In this document: piece by piece, positions 27,901 to 42,900 of the stretch
How positions within the stretch are numbered: position 1 is the stretch's first letter
Layout: each line of letters opens with the position of its first letter
Assembly (NCBI GenBank): GCA_000934665.2
Contig: KZ538208.1
Location: forward strand, 1 to 64,000
Reading direction: 5' to 3'
Length of the DNA: 64,000 bases
Source of the DNA: Catajapyx aquilonaris
Lineage: Eukaryota
Program-made: the position numbers and the translations under genes
The notes under the pieces: model-generated
Databases searched by the model: none
What the model saw: only the letters and a program-made list of their open reading frames with translations
Told to the model about the DNA's origin: nothing

Positions 27901-30900
27901 GGCAATAGCACAGATTATTTGTTAAAAACGTCATACTTTTTCGAGCCAACTTAACTATTTCGAGAGCAGTAGCCTTGATCTACGTCGTATTAATTGCGAA
28001 GGCCAGTGGCTGACACTTTTAACAAATTACAAAGCAGGTGTACACGTCACACCCAAAAACCACAATTAGACACAAAAAACAGGGCAAACGACCCAGAATT
28101 CCCAAAGGATTTCACACCCGGGCTATTTCTCCTCCCCAAATTCCCAAGTCCTTTAACCGGTTACAAATAGCAACAGCCAGTAGCAAAACAACCTATAAAA
28201 ACAGTTAAAAATTGATAGTCCTAGGTCGTGAGCAGTTTTCTTAAAGAGGAACTATCAGTACATATTTTTTTGGGTACACTTCAGGAACTCGAGCCAGGAG
28301 GTTTGGATCACCTTCTTTTGTCTGACACAGGTGAAAATATTTTTGGTACACAGATTTCTGAGGCTCTCTAGACCGTGGTTGGCACGAGGTCCAAAAAGAC
28401 GCTTGAAAGTTATCAACAGATTGCAGTCATTCTTGTTGTCGCACTTAAGGTCACTGATGTTGTCACTGTGAAATCAAGCAACGAATAAGAGAAAACTAAA
28501 ATAGGTCACATTCTGTACTATATGTCTCGCGAAGTCTGCAAAAAAAAAAGTACGAGAGGGAAATGAGTGCAAAAAAATGCGCGGCATACTTTGGTCTCAA
28601 AACCAGGCGCTAATAAATTCCAATCTGCATCCCGCTAAAATTCAGCGGGTTGTAAATTTACGCCATGTTCATCCCAATAAATGGCTGCCATCACATCAGA
28701 CCTTCACTCACATTTTTAATACTTTAGGACCCATCCCTATCTCCAGCTTTTATGCATAACGCAACTGTTTGCATAAATTCGCGTTGGTCTGAACCAAAAC
28801 AGTTTCTTATAACTGACAAATTTCAACTCACAACATGCGATAAGAAATTGGCGGTCCTGGGAAAGATATTCTGCTAATTAGGTTAGGTTAGGATAGGTTA
28901 GGTTAGGTTAGTTTAGGTTAGGATAGGTGAGGATAGGTAAGGTTAGGTAAGGCAAGGCTAGGATTATTGTTAGGTTAGGTTAGATTAGGTTAGAGAGTAG
29001 TTAGTACAGGAATCTGTAACAAGAAACACTATTTTGCTAGTTGTTTTCTAGAGAATTCTCTGCGACTACGTAGGATAGCTTGGAGAAGGATTGATAGTAT
29101 CCGGTCGTGTTCCACTTGTCGGATTTACATTGCGGAAAAGGGACATGTCTTTGGGAGCGAGCGCCCTTGGATTTTATTGAGACCAACCGCCCAGCAACCC
29201 CCTCTAAGAAGATGCACTTCCTTGGCCATGGCCGACTTGACTTTTTTAAAACCATTTAATCTAGCCTGAGTGTACGAGGCTCTAGGCCATTTCCAGCGGA
29301 ATTTGTCTCTGAGAACCCAGCAGATCCTTATACTCCCAAGAAAATGAAGCCATACGCTCACTGCTCTCTTGAGATGCTGAAAATACATATATACATCACA
29401 TCTTTTAAAAAATAAGGAATGCCTTATTATATACCCTAAAAAATTTAACAATTACCAGTCACCTGTAATCAGTCTGCATATATCTTCCATGATTAATTGC
29501 TCGGTCCAGAGGAAAGGTACCTCCCACATATCAATTACATGGAAGCGAAACCTGAAGCCCTAATTACCAGCCACATGCACGATAAACTTGCGCCCATTGC
29601 CCATGGTCTGCATCATTACCAATAATCAAGCTTGATCCAGACTCTCTCATGATAAAGGGCTATTTACGTCTTACTAAAACCTGACTTCCCATTCCATATT
29701 TTCACTGATTCATTCACGTGTCTTCAGACCATGAATGGACCAAATCGGGCCAAATCGATGTCTCCAAGAAATTGATTGCATTATCGGAAATCGAAGAATT
29801 TTTTCTTAGAAGCAGTGACGTCAAGGTGTTTTTTTTCTTCAACAAGGATGAGTGTTATTGTGGCCTTCTCGACATGGAGTTGGGGTAATTTGTCTTGGCC
29901 CGGGTTTGTTCTTGGTGAATTATTGCAGCGGGTTTTAAATCCTTCTCAGGTGGGTGGAAAATCGTGGGCGTGGAAATCCGGCGGGACAGGACATGAAGCA
30001 CGGATAGATATTTTATTATAGTTTCAACCAATATAGTACTAGAATATTCCAGGTCAATTATAGGGATTTTTAAATGCGCTATGTTGCAGGTCGGATAAAT
30101 CGGATTATGAACTCTTTGTGAAGAATTCGAGATGCATGGATAGGTTTTTCGCATGGAAACGTAATGCTCTAAAAATGCGACAAATGCAGGGGGATTTGGT
30201 TCTAATAAGTGCAATGCGGTGGTACGGTACAGAGGAATTTTGGACTGCCAAGTATGACGCAAATTGGGTGAGTCATTTTCAATTCTCACGAGCGTTTTCC
30301 TCGCTCAATTCAGTTTGAATCGTATAGGGAAGTAGAGTAGGTTTCCAACTTTTACGGAAAGTTCCGGATGGAAGCGTCGTTTATCGGCGAGATTTCCGCC
30401 TGAATTGTGGACCAAAATGGAAGTGGTCATCATACTCTCTCAGAGTCAGATTGTAGCAAAAGTGTACTCAAAAATCTGGGTTTGATGCAGTGAGAGAGTC
30501 ACAAATGACGTGGAAATGCTTTCCATTTATCGCCTTTTGCCATCATTGATTTATGGTGTCAGTAAACTTTCTCTGTTCAAGTAAGTAATGCAAAATATCT
30601 CCAATACGATCTTCCACCGAAACAATACTTTGACTGATTACCTGTCAACGTTATTGGAAGTGCATAAAGAGATTGTAACTTAAGTGAAATGATGAAATCA
30701 GTCCATTATCCTCGTAATAGGAGCACAAGTATTTAGTCAGTACAGTTATTTTTACAAATATTTAATATTAAAATCCTTCGTTGTATGAGCGACCCGCCTG
30801 CGCAACGGGGAAAGACAGCGCCTCTGGTGGATGGGAGAAGGAACTAGTTAATAAATAAATAAATAATTGTACGATATTAGGTACACTGTTTAAAAATTAA

Positions 30901-33900
30901 AATCAACAGGCTTTAATCACTCTCAAAGGCTGGGGGATTATTACCGTATGAAGTTGTTGATCTCGCTATATTTTATTTGCATACAATCCCTTTGTTAATG
31001 CAACAATGCTTCTCATCCTGATGGGGGGAAAAAAGGAGGCCTCGGGTTATTTCGAAGACGCTTTTTTGAAGCGAGCCAATGAAGTGAAGCTTGGTCGTAG
31101 AAATTCTACTGGCAAGCATTCATCCAAAACTTACCTTTCCGTGCGCATTACGGGCTAAATGGATCAGCTCATTTGATGCACGGCGGGTTCAACGTAGTGT
31201 GTGAGAGAGAAAAAAAAACCCTTCTTTTATCATTTACTTCAAAAAAAGGAGTTCCGTCACTCAAACGATATTTTTAGAGCTTTTCTCTCTATGAAAAGCA
31301 TCATGCCACTGGTGAAAATCTTCCAATTATAAGCCCCTATAGAATTTTGGAATAATTGCAATGACGTGTTTTGGAAAATTAGAGGCAGAAAACTGTTATT
31401 TTTTAAATCTTGAAAAGACAGAATATTAAAGGAATGTTTACTAAGATGGAATAGATATTAGGTGTAACCATAATTTATTTATGAGTAACCTGCAAGTAAT
31501 TATTCTGTCTGGAACACAGTCGCAAATTACTCCACTTGCGAATATTAACCGTGGAGTTAATTACCAAATGGAATGCTTCTGGTCGGTATTGCTAATGAAG
31601 GACGTGATTAGACGACGACGCATTAATTTCTCTGCTTATGAACAGTACGTCACGATCATATATATTTTTTTCCTTCGAAAATGATGCAAGCTAAGGCTTT
31701 TCACCTTAAGAGTTTAAAAACCCCCCCTAAATTGCATGCGGTACCACTTAATTATTCTGCTTTGGTCTTGTTAATTGGCCGCGAGACTTGCCAGGTCTTG
31801 TCAACCGAGCTAAAATTGTGCGCGTGGAATTTTAAGCCGGTCGTTTCAAAACGAGGCCAATAATGCGTTCAATTGATTACACAGCATTTAATATTTAATT
31901 GCCTGAATAAACCAATGAAATAAATTATATTATAAACTTAAATAAATAACGAAATAATGTATCATTATGAAACCATTACATTAAATGCCACATTATGAAA
32001 TCAATAAATAAGGAAACAAAACAACACATATAAATTGCGTCATGAATGAATTAGTGGTCGTTAAATGATCATTAAGAGATGACACATAATCTGACGTGTA
32101 ATGGGTAAATGGACATGTACATGTTTTTGATATTAATTATGAAGAGCTTGATATAGGCTGGCATGGAAATATTTTTAGCGACCATATAACCTTTAGGTGG
32201 TGGTCGGATTTACCATCCAAAAAAAGACACTTGAATCCTTCCCACGCTAGTCACTATTCATGAATGGGTGGGCGGATCGATATGGTTAAAGCGACGATGT
32301 GGGCGAAAAACACCACTGCAGTTTTCGACTCCGCATTAATAACGTCAGCCTTGGGCCATCAAACAGAAAATAATATGTATATGCATAATGTGCAAAACAC
32401 ACATGCATTGAATGAAACGCATTGTGTGTGAAATATGCGCAAGGTGCACCACAATAGAGCAGGTGCCGAGATTCAAATAACATATTGTAAAACGAGATAC
32501 AGTGACAAAGCGCCCACTAAATATTGGTGCGGTTTGGATTTCAAAGCCAATTGTGTATTACAATAATTGTGGGTTTGAACTTTCACGTATGTAGGCAGTT
32601 TCAAAAAAAATGTAGGCATTGCCATGTGACGCCATAGCAAATTATAAAAAGAAGTGATTGTATTTTGATTAGATTTCACTTTTCAAATATCACATCACAT
32701 GCGTCATGTACCTTTCAATTAAATAATTATTACAGCCTGCTCCACACAATACGTTGAATGCGCATTTTTTTGAAGCAAGCCTTAATTAGTCTTTAATGTT
32801 GAACGCATTACAGTCTGCATCAGACTATAATAGAGAATATTTTAATCATGCGGTTTGCATTAACAGGCTAGCTGGATATTAAAAATGTCTGAATTATTTA
32901 CCATATGCCGCAAAATACTCGTACTACACATAACGTGGAAGAAATAATTTTTTTTATTTAAAACGTCCTTATTTTCTGAGCAATCATGAAAATATTGGAG
33001 TATTATCTGAATTTTAATTTTTGGAAACCTGTCAGAAGATTGGATTCAGCCATATTTTTTTGACCTTGTCTATTTCTGCTTGGATCTGACCTATTTCTTC
33101 AGCTTCTAAGGAATATCCCCCGTGTAAATACAACTGTACGATCGTGTTGGGATTTCCTTCCCTTCCTGTCGATTGGACCTTGCAGCCAGAGCACACCGAG
33201 ACCCAAAGTTTGTTGAGAGAAACACCCTGCTCTGATGCACCACTTGCATTGATCCTGACCATCTGAGGCGCCACAGCCGTTCTGCCCGGAAAACTCCAGC
33301 AACATTTTCGACTTTTCCCCCCTTAATTCCTCTAATTCTGCCATCAGAAAAAAAAGAAATCCTACAACTACGTGTCAGATAAGGTCACGAAGAGTGCCCG
33401 TTACGCCATTTGCACTTACTTCGATTTTTTTCCTTCATCCATTTATCTTCTGCCCAAATTGTGGTGCCCTTTTCCGGCTCAAGATGTTAGATAAATGACG
33501 AATTGTGGACTCAAGTCATCAATTTGAACTAGAAGCAACAATCACAACTTAGGGTCTCTTCAAACATTTTGCTGGGGTAAACAATTATCGATGCTTGAAC
33601 TGCTGTAGACTTCAGAAATTAACCATCCTGTATTTTTCCAGTGATAATACACTAATTATTATTATTAAAATAAAATTTATGTGAATATTCAAAATAGGCA
33701 TTTTATGCTACCAAGTACATGCTTTTTCCATTTAAATTGTTAAATTACTAAGCGATGTTGATTCATAGGGTGTAAATAAATAGGGCAACCTTTGGTCTTC
33801 CATTTTGCCTGACCCTTTTTTTGTTGTAGTGCCTGCGGGGGTGGATGCTCCATGGGGGTGTAACTCATTCGGGTTAAGCGGCTTTTTATGTCCATCGCAT

Positions 33901-36900
33901 CGCTTACAAGTAGTATGGTTGGGATTATATATATAAAAAAATCACTTCACGAATGGATGCCGTATGATGGATGGTCCGGACATGTAGGTTTGAAAGCTCG
34001 TGCTGGGTTGTTGCAACTTGAGATTTTTAAACCGTTTTTTTAAAGCAAAAGAGTGAGCGTTTGCACTGTATTACATCATGGGTAATTATCCATTATTATA
34101 ACGGGATGAAGCACATGAACCCCGCCCTTCAATCAGGGAATTGGCTAGGTCCACTGGTGATTTTTTTTGGCGCCCTTGACATTCAAGTTCTCTTTAAAAT
34201 AAATCTAATGGGTGTTCCGAATCCCTTAATCGGATTGGCGTGCACGTTTTTGAAGCATTTCATAAAACCGTTCATGAAACGTTGGCTAACTGCTGCGAAT
34301 TGCCGCCACCCTTTCAATGCCTCTTAATCTAATCCCAGCTTTGTCGCATCCCATTGCAGAGGTTGGTGGGTGACAAAAGTTGTTTGTGAATAATTTGTTT
34401 ATGATTATGACTTGCTTTTTTCAGCAGGTACTAAAATATTGATCGTTTAATCCTCATCGACATAATCACATAATGTAGTGACATATAGTACAGTATTACG
34501 TGTCCATCGATTCTCAGCATGGAATAGATCCTAATCGTTCAAATATCTTCATATTTGGGAGAGCATCAGTAAATTTCTGTCGAAATGGTAGCTTCTAATT
34601 ATATTGTTGAGATAATGCGGAATTCGATATACTGTAGAAATAACTCATGCAATATTTTGAGTTTTCTCCTCTACGACGCAGCTCCCCACCATGTAACAGC
34701 AACTCAAATTCACACAAATATTTTTCATGATGAAAAATATTTGTGTGAATTTGAGTTGCTTTTACATTACAATTTTTAAACTTTTACAAATTATGGAAAA
34801 TTAGCAATTTTCCACAAATAGCTACACACAATAGCTAATTGTTATACATGCAAAACCATACACTAAATTACGAAACATGTTGAACATAATAGGATAGTAA
34901 TAGAATCACGCTTTTCAGCGCTAATTAAGATAAATAAACTAAATTGGTATAGCAAACATGCCAATATGTAATGAACGAAATCACTGCGAGCCACTGGACA
35001 CTAGCTGCAACAATTAAATTGTTATTTCCATTGATTGACATTCGCTGAAAATATCACCACCCTAGACAGCAGGCCAATGACATAACCCGCACCAATTTTC
35101 TTATTTCTTCAACTCGAGCAGCTGTCTACCCTTAGTAACAAGCTTAACTCCAAACGACATCTAGTTAAGCCCTTTTTGCGCCGGATCAAAGTGAAGGCAG
35201 CCCTTCTGGGGGTATACATCCCCGCCTTCCATAATTGTACATTCGGCAACTTATTGAGGTCGACCACCAGCTGATACCATCGTCCACCAATTTGGAGGAT
35301 CAATTAAGTATGCCTTCAGTTGGGTGCAGGGTTGAATGGCCTGAACCTTTACTAGGATTAAGGCCTGATCACCTGTCGCCTTGCAAATCTAGGGAAGTGC
35401 TTGGTTTGCTGGGGGGTTGAAAACAGATGGCGAAATTCGCAGGGATGGAAGGTCTCATTTTGGGTGCGACTCTGGACTCCAGGGTTTGTCGGAGACTGAT
35501 TGCGGACGCGATTACAAATGACGACTTTGGGACCACCCTAGAGGATGCCAGGTTCTTTGGCCTCCCAGAGTGTGGGATGGGAAATAATCATGGATGGGGT
35601 GGAAGGAATGGGCTTAATTTCGTCCCTTTGTGATTCGAATTTCAAGCAGAAGAGATGAGAGCCCCCCCCTCCAATGCTTATTAGTCGGTTGATTCAAAGG
35701 TTAAGGCCGATTGACTGCAGTTGGCTTTTTGGCCTTCCTGGTGCAGCGGGGGACACTCTCCGTCGCGCTTTGTAATTGGGCGATTGGATCAGAGAAAGTG
35801 CAGATTGCAGGATTTCGTCCAGATGAAAGAGTCAGTTGGAACGAAATTGATCACTAAATATTTGAAGGCAGTACATTTAAAATGTTAATCGATTGTATTT
35901 GATTTTCTTCTAAATTTTATTATGCCACCATCATTTAAAAATTACAGCTTAAGAACAAAATATCACTATTACCACGAAAATATGATTGTTTTGCAGTTTG
36001 CCATTGTCTTGCATTTCATACTGCAAGGTACATTAAACTAAATTATTACGACAATACTATAGTGTATGGTACTGTGCGGGACGTCTGTTCATAAATATCT
36101 GCAATTCCCCCTGTAAAGCCATTACAGTCACAATAAAACAAGGTTCACAGGCAACCATTATGCCGTAGTAATATCGACATGTAATCGTATTTCAGGCCCT
36201 TTGGACATTCACAAACAAGTTTCAAATTTTGTTCTATTACACTGCCAGAATATATCCTGCTTTTTTCTATACAACAAGCCCGAATTAGTGACATGACAAT
36301 GTTCGTAAAAAGTTACTCCATTCAAACTTCCCTTTAATTCAATGTATTATTGAAAGTGACGTGCAAAAGTGGTTGCCGCAAGAAACGTCGCATGTCATGG
36401 GTGTAACCATGAACTGCTTTGGTCAAACATGAAGGTCAAGCTTCTACACTGCATACGATAATGGGAAACGAGGAAGAAGGTGCTGGTTTTTTGGGTGTAG
36501 GTGGAGCTGTTCTATATATGGCCTGGCAACAAAACACGTAAAGAGCACGCTGACATATACGGAAAACCTTATTCGATGGCCTCCTTATGAATAATAGACT
36601 AGGTAAATTGCTTTGCGCACGTCTTGTCTTCATGTACTGTAATTTCCTCTGGTTTCTATTTTCGGGAGCTCTCACTGACGTACACGTTATGGTGTGACAT
36701 ACATGTGCATCATGCAATCCACATGTAGTCCGAATCCCCATGTTACATTCAAAGGTCAATTTACTATATAGGACTGCACATATTAATGGTGGATCTTTCG
36801 TTAACAATAACAAGACGTTAAGGCAATTTATCTACTGTAAATCGGTGGATGTTTACCAGAGGGGGTTTTTCCTGCCCAAATCGATACCGCGCTGTCGACA

Positions 36901-39900
36901 CTGTCACTCTTATCAATATCTAGTGACATTGACAAATAGCCGTCTTTCACGGGCATTGGTGACATTCTTCCTTCACCTTCACTTGTGCCATGTTCGTCCA
37001 ATATTCAGCGATCACAAAAAATGTTGATAATGTCAGAGTATATGGGAAGAATTAACCAACAATCCATATAAGTCATTACCTCCTTGGCCTACTCTAAAGA
37101 CGTCGCCTAAAATTTGACTCGAATAAGGCGTGGCTTCCTCCATGGCTCTGAAACATAATCGCCGTCGCAATCCACTGGAAGTCTCACATTAGGCAAATGA
37201 GCAAACTAAAGGAGCCCACCCATTCACGCCTGGGGAGACTCAAGAAAAAAAAATTGGAATGAGAGCAGAGTCCCTCATAATGAATTTAGGCGGCCCTCCT
37301 AGCTGTGTACTCAGGGCTTTCTGAGACACTAACGCGGGCCACGAATTAGCCAAATGCGATTGTCCCGTCGCTTCCTGTGGTTTATTCACCTGACTAGAAT
37401 AATTCACTAGGACCACCATCTAAATCCAGGTCGCACTTGTGTACTGAAGACAAGTGGCTACTTTTTATCCTTAAAATGTCTCATCTGATCCTTAAGGCAT
37501 TACTTGGATTATTGCATAGGACTTAGTGTTCTGCCAAAATTTATTGGCGATATACCCAGGTCGAATCTAAAGGGTCGTGCTATCCCATGCAGGCACGATT
37601 ATCCTTCTGTCGCGTGACTCTAGTATAGTCCCTATAGTTGGCTTCTCGTGTGTCCCATCCAAGACTTATTCATTGTGTCCCGAAAGGACGGTTCGTTAAG
37701 CGGAGATTATGAATTGCGGCTCTGTCTCTAGGCTCTAGGGCCAGCTCTTCGGGTAATTAAAGGCATCATGAATAGGAATTTTAATAGGCGGGAGGGGATA
37801 TTACTGGATTTAAAAGTGGTGCTAATTTGAATATGAATACAATGCAACATGATTAGCAAAGTGGCCTTGACCTACAGGAGTTACAGTGGTCTGGAGTAAT
37901 TTTAAAATACTGGAGCACTTATGACAACGTAAGTAAGGTTTACGTCCACATATTAAACGTACTTCCCATCAGCTGATGCGGCACAGAATTAATTGTTTTT
38001 GACGGGAATCCGATTAATTCCTGGCCAAACTTGCAAATCTCTGCATAATAAACACGGGAGCGCCAAAGTGATAACACAAGCGATGACTCCATAAAAAAGT
38101 TCGGTGTAAATCAGTATTTACAAATCTGATTATGTAGACATCGGCATGCAAATTGCCCATTACTGACACGCTCAGTGAATAAACACGGCTCAATTCACCA
38201 AAAAGCAACAATGCTCTGCCATTGAAGACACCCTTTGATAGGAACAGGACAACCTCAACTTAATCACAGTAAAACCTGGAAGCAGCCGCTCTTCCCATAA
38301 AAGGAAGCAATTTCAACTTCATTAATGTTCCATCATTACCCTCTAGTTCTATAGGGTAATGCTTCTAAGCATAAACTCGTCTAAGCATGAAATGACCGAT
38401 TCATATATGGTCTCACACAATTCCTATAATACGTATGCAACCCAGTCGTACAGCTGAAGGTGGCGGGATGCATTCAGATGAAGCTCTTTTTTGGTGTGAG
38501 AATGGACCACGTAGTTATCCCGAATGGAAAAGAGGGCTTTCCTGAATGGAAATGGTTGGCGCCTGAAGTTCCAACGAAACTCGCTCGATGGCGGAGGTGC
38601 AGCTGAAAAGGGTTGGCGAAAATGGACGGTTTTTCAGACTGTCTATTAAGGCTGTCCGTAAACCTACGTCCGGTCCTATGGAGATATATAGACCTGTTTT
38701 TTTCACGCAAAACTACAAAATTTATGGATACCCTGTATGGAGATTAATTTTTGCGAAAGTCGCAAAAAAGAGAAGCAATTTGGGCAAGAATTACAGCATC
38801 ATTAAGGCAAAAAAAGGAGAGTAAATACCGCGTAAATCTTGAATGTCATGAATACATCAACAGTGAAATATGTCAAGAGGCGCCCATCTTCCTGGAAATG
38901 TACTGGAGAATTTTCCAGGGGGGATGTTTCCCAATCAGGAGAAGAAGGCGTTGGAATTGGCCACAAGGGGATTGCTTGGGTTTGGGATGGGAGACGCGAA
39001 ACTTCAAAGAGTGGCAGAAGATAATGGCCAGAATAGACGGAGAGGAAAAGGTTTTTTTTTTATTTTCTGAAGAGGTTTGAACCTGCGGACATATCCTTTT
39101 CGTTGCCCTTTTTTTCCTATCCGCATTGCGACTTTCATTTTTTCTCATCAGAGAGCGTATAGTGGGAGGATTCTACGATCATAGTGAATGAGAAAGTAGA
39201 TCTGGGTTCATTGCAGCCTTGACCTATTGCTGGTCGTTTATGCCTCCGAAAGAGTGTCTAGTGCAGTAAGATTTGTGCCAGGAAACCCTTGAAGACAATA
39301 GTAGGGGACAAAGTTCTAGCTTGCAGGAATAGAGATGTATAGTTCCGGACAGGACTTTTATTGTAATTTATTGTTTAAGTTTTCGTGCTCCTACTGTTAA
39401 GCAGGAAATGGGTTTATCTCAAAGAGTATTCAGTTGGTCCACAAAGGAACAAAAGGTGTCTTCTGTCAGTTTGTTAGAGAATCTAAACCATTTTATGTCC
39501 CGCAAAAATAATCTTAACTTTAAACGATTTTAGACTGTTTCTCATCAGAAAGTCAAATGAGAAAAAAGTATACTCGAATCGCGCTCGTGTTTGAACGTAG
39601 CAATAATTATTTTGTTGACTCTGTATTAACGAAATTAATGTCACGAAATTTTAAAATGGCGGAAAACCGAATATGTACTTGAAGACCATGCACAAAGGCT
39701 TTTCACTTGCAAGATGAAGTTAGGTCAAGGTTGAAGTAACAGAATGTAACATTTGGGGACAGGAACATGGCCAACCATGGCGTCACGGTTGGGATCGGCA
39801 TAATTAGAGCAGCTCTTGGGGGAGCTTAACGTTGTGTAGGCGTCATTTTCACCAAAATAGTGGCATTTTGCTTCTAGGGAGCCCCAACTTTGGAGCTACG

Positions 39901-42900
39901 TGGAAGTCTAAAAGTTTGAGGGAAATGTCATGCACAAAAAGCCATCAAATATTGTCAATATTGCGCTTCACATAATATCAAATGGACTGGATTACTCGCA
40001 AAATTCAATATTGTCTTAACTGCGCATAAAATCTGGCTGACATGTATACAGGTTCGTCTATTTTACATGAGCTGAGAGGGTACGATATACACGGGTCTGA
40101 TTAAAGTTGCATTTAGCGTGGGAATAACACAGCTTTAACCGTCGCGCCCTTTTCAAACTAATCTTCCACAATTCCTGGAGGGTACAAAAAAAACCTCATG
40201 CTACTCCAGGAGCAGTACAGGTCATTATATTCGGAACTGTTAGGCATCCAACGCAGGCTAGGAATTTGGCAAAAAAAGGATTCTTGCACCTCAGCTAAAA
40301 CCATTTGTTAACGTCAACGGACGTACGCTTTAACGATGTACACTATCCTCACTTTGGAGGTGAAAAAGTGAGATTTACAGGGCATTGGCCTACTCTTGGA
40401 AAACAATTTTGTTTTTAATGCAACAATTCAATTCTGTGTCGAAAAACTTTCTGAATGTTTCTGTCATTTAAATGTAGTTTCCAAATTCTGCCAATGTTAT
40501 TCTCTAACAAAATCTTTGCTGAGATAACAGCTGACAGCTGACAGTGAGTGATGTATGACGTATGGTAGTATAACTGTCTATAATATTTCATATTGAGGAG
40601 CACTTTACTGGACACACTTCATCTGGTAGTGCATAATATTTTTGTGCTTTTCATGCCCGAACTTCCTACTTTATTTGAATTGCAAGAGTGGTGTGCTAAA
40701 ACATGTCTGAAATTTTTTTGATGCTCCAGCTGCAGTGGACTCTCAATTTGATATATGCCTCTACCCTAACAGTCCTCGCACGCTCCTCTTTTCTAAGGGC
40801 AAAAAAGGCAGACCTATATCTTACAAGTGGTGGAGTCCTCTCCAATTGAACTGGGGGGGCATGTCTTGGAAATAACATTCCATATCTCGACGTGCAATTA
40901 CCGTATATCACGAGGATATAGACCCCTGTGGATTTTCCACATTTTGGTATAGAGTTCTAGGGAAATTGCTTAGTCTCCAGTTCAGCGAAATGAGTGCGTC
41001 GATTGAGTTCAGAGGGGGATAGTTATCCGGATAAATTTTTTTCCGATTACATGTTAGTGTGCTTGGGGTTTCCTAATAGAAAAAATCAGAAAAGTAGAAA
41101 GTAGAAGAAGAAAAAAAAAGTATTCAACTTTTTGGGTCAGAATTGCTACAACTGTCTTGATCGAAGTTGTAACGGAAATCGAAGGAGACTTGTCTTCTTG
41201 GAAACGAGTTTCTCTCCTGTAAGACTTTTCTCTTGCTCCTGCCAAGCCTGGTGTCAAATAAAAGAAAAGGATGTGTATTTCTGTAAATAACTGGAACATG
41301 GCCCAAGTGTTTCGAAAGGTTCAAAAACACTTGCGGGCTTTACGCGGAAGTTTGCAATCGAACATGCAGGGTCTGCAGCGGAATTACTTTTACAACTTAT
41401 TGGTCCAGTTTGTCACAAGATTTTATCTGATCTGAACTAAACTTCTGCTAAGAAATATTTTATTACAAAAATTCGCAAAATATCACACAGCAGAAGGTAT
41501 GCACTGTGCTCAATCTATAGCTTAAACCTCCAGGCCAAAAATATGCTCAAAGTTTGCCTTAATCTTTTTTCAGTCTATCAAATTGATCACTGATTCAAAG
41601 TGTAAACTTTCCCTCAACGTTGAGGTGTACACGACACACGTTGCCAAACTTTTTTTGTGTAACATCGTGCAGCACAAGTTGTTCTTTGCTAGGCTCAGGA
41701 TCCGGAACAAGCACGCTTCACTGTAATGGTGTCCTTACATAATTTAAGGGCGAAACCCCCGCAAGTTGTAATCTCATCTAGGTAGTGATTCTTGCCAAGA
41801 ACGAAAGTAAAAGGCTGCACTCACCAAACGTTTCACTCATTGGAACGTGATGTGGTCAAGAAACTTTGATCTAGCCACTATTTTAGCCTACCATTCGTAA
41901 TATATTGAGCATTACATACAAATTGAAATGCTGCTGAGGCTCTTCTTCCATAGTTGGTAACCCGCATTTTGTCATCAGCATTGCACGTATTACGTACCCC
42001 AATTAACTCTTGCTTCCATAAAGCGGCGCGGGAAAGTCTGGCTCCCTTAGAAAGTACATATAAGATGCGCTAATTCAAAAGAGGAGGCGCATCCTGGGAC
42101 ATGAGCCAAAATTTCTCTCCACCCACACTTTACAAGGAGAACCCCGCCACCTCGTCTCTAAAAGCTCTTTAAATCTTCAGAATATGAAAGGGATTTTGGG
42201 GCCTGGCCATGTCACTTGGGAAACGAGGATAAGTTGGACCTTCCAAGCACAAAAGGCGCAGTATTATGATAAGTCGGACATATTTTTTTTGAGAGAGAAA
42301 ATGGATCTGTGTAACACTTGTTCTGGTGTAGCAGCTCTGAGGCTTTCAATACCTGTTAGTAGGCCTACTGCAGATTTGATATTTTCTGTCCAAAATGGAA
42401 GGTCAAAAGGCAGCTGTGTGGAATAGTGTCATTGACATCTCACTTCCAGGCGTGGCGTCTGTCCACGGTCGTTCACATGAGCTTAAAATGTCAGGATAAA
42501 ACTCGTTCAACTCTCCAGGAGAAATATTGCTCACTAGAGAAAGCCAATAAACTTGTTTCCCCGACAGTCCTTCCTATACAATACCCCCTTGAAAACTAAC
42601 GTGATTGTTGCCAGATTCTGCCTAATGACGCGGTCGGTATACCTGACACTGCGCAAAATTTGGCGATTTATTATTCCTGGAAATGGGGAATGGTTGGGGT
42701 GCAACGTCAGGCAACTTGATGCCAGATTTTGCGCACAATTCCTACGAGAATGTACCAGGTAATGAATACAAAATGAGCATTTTCGCTTCCCTTTGAGTCC
42801 GGGAAGTCGCAGAAAAATTGAAGCGTCCTGCACAGCAAAGCGCACGCAATTAAGAGTAAACAGTCCAATTCAAGGATTCATGACCTTGCAGTCCTGTAAG

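Noticed and set aside
33032..33344. 81-aa ATG ORF ([11 protein letters not shown]...) after a T-rich tract, a possible third alternative exon
   Set aside because: No similarity to exons 1A/1B, no transmembrane segment, and the T tract is not followed by AG.
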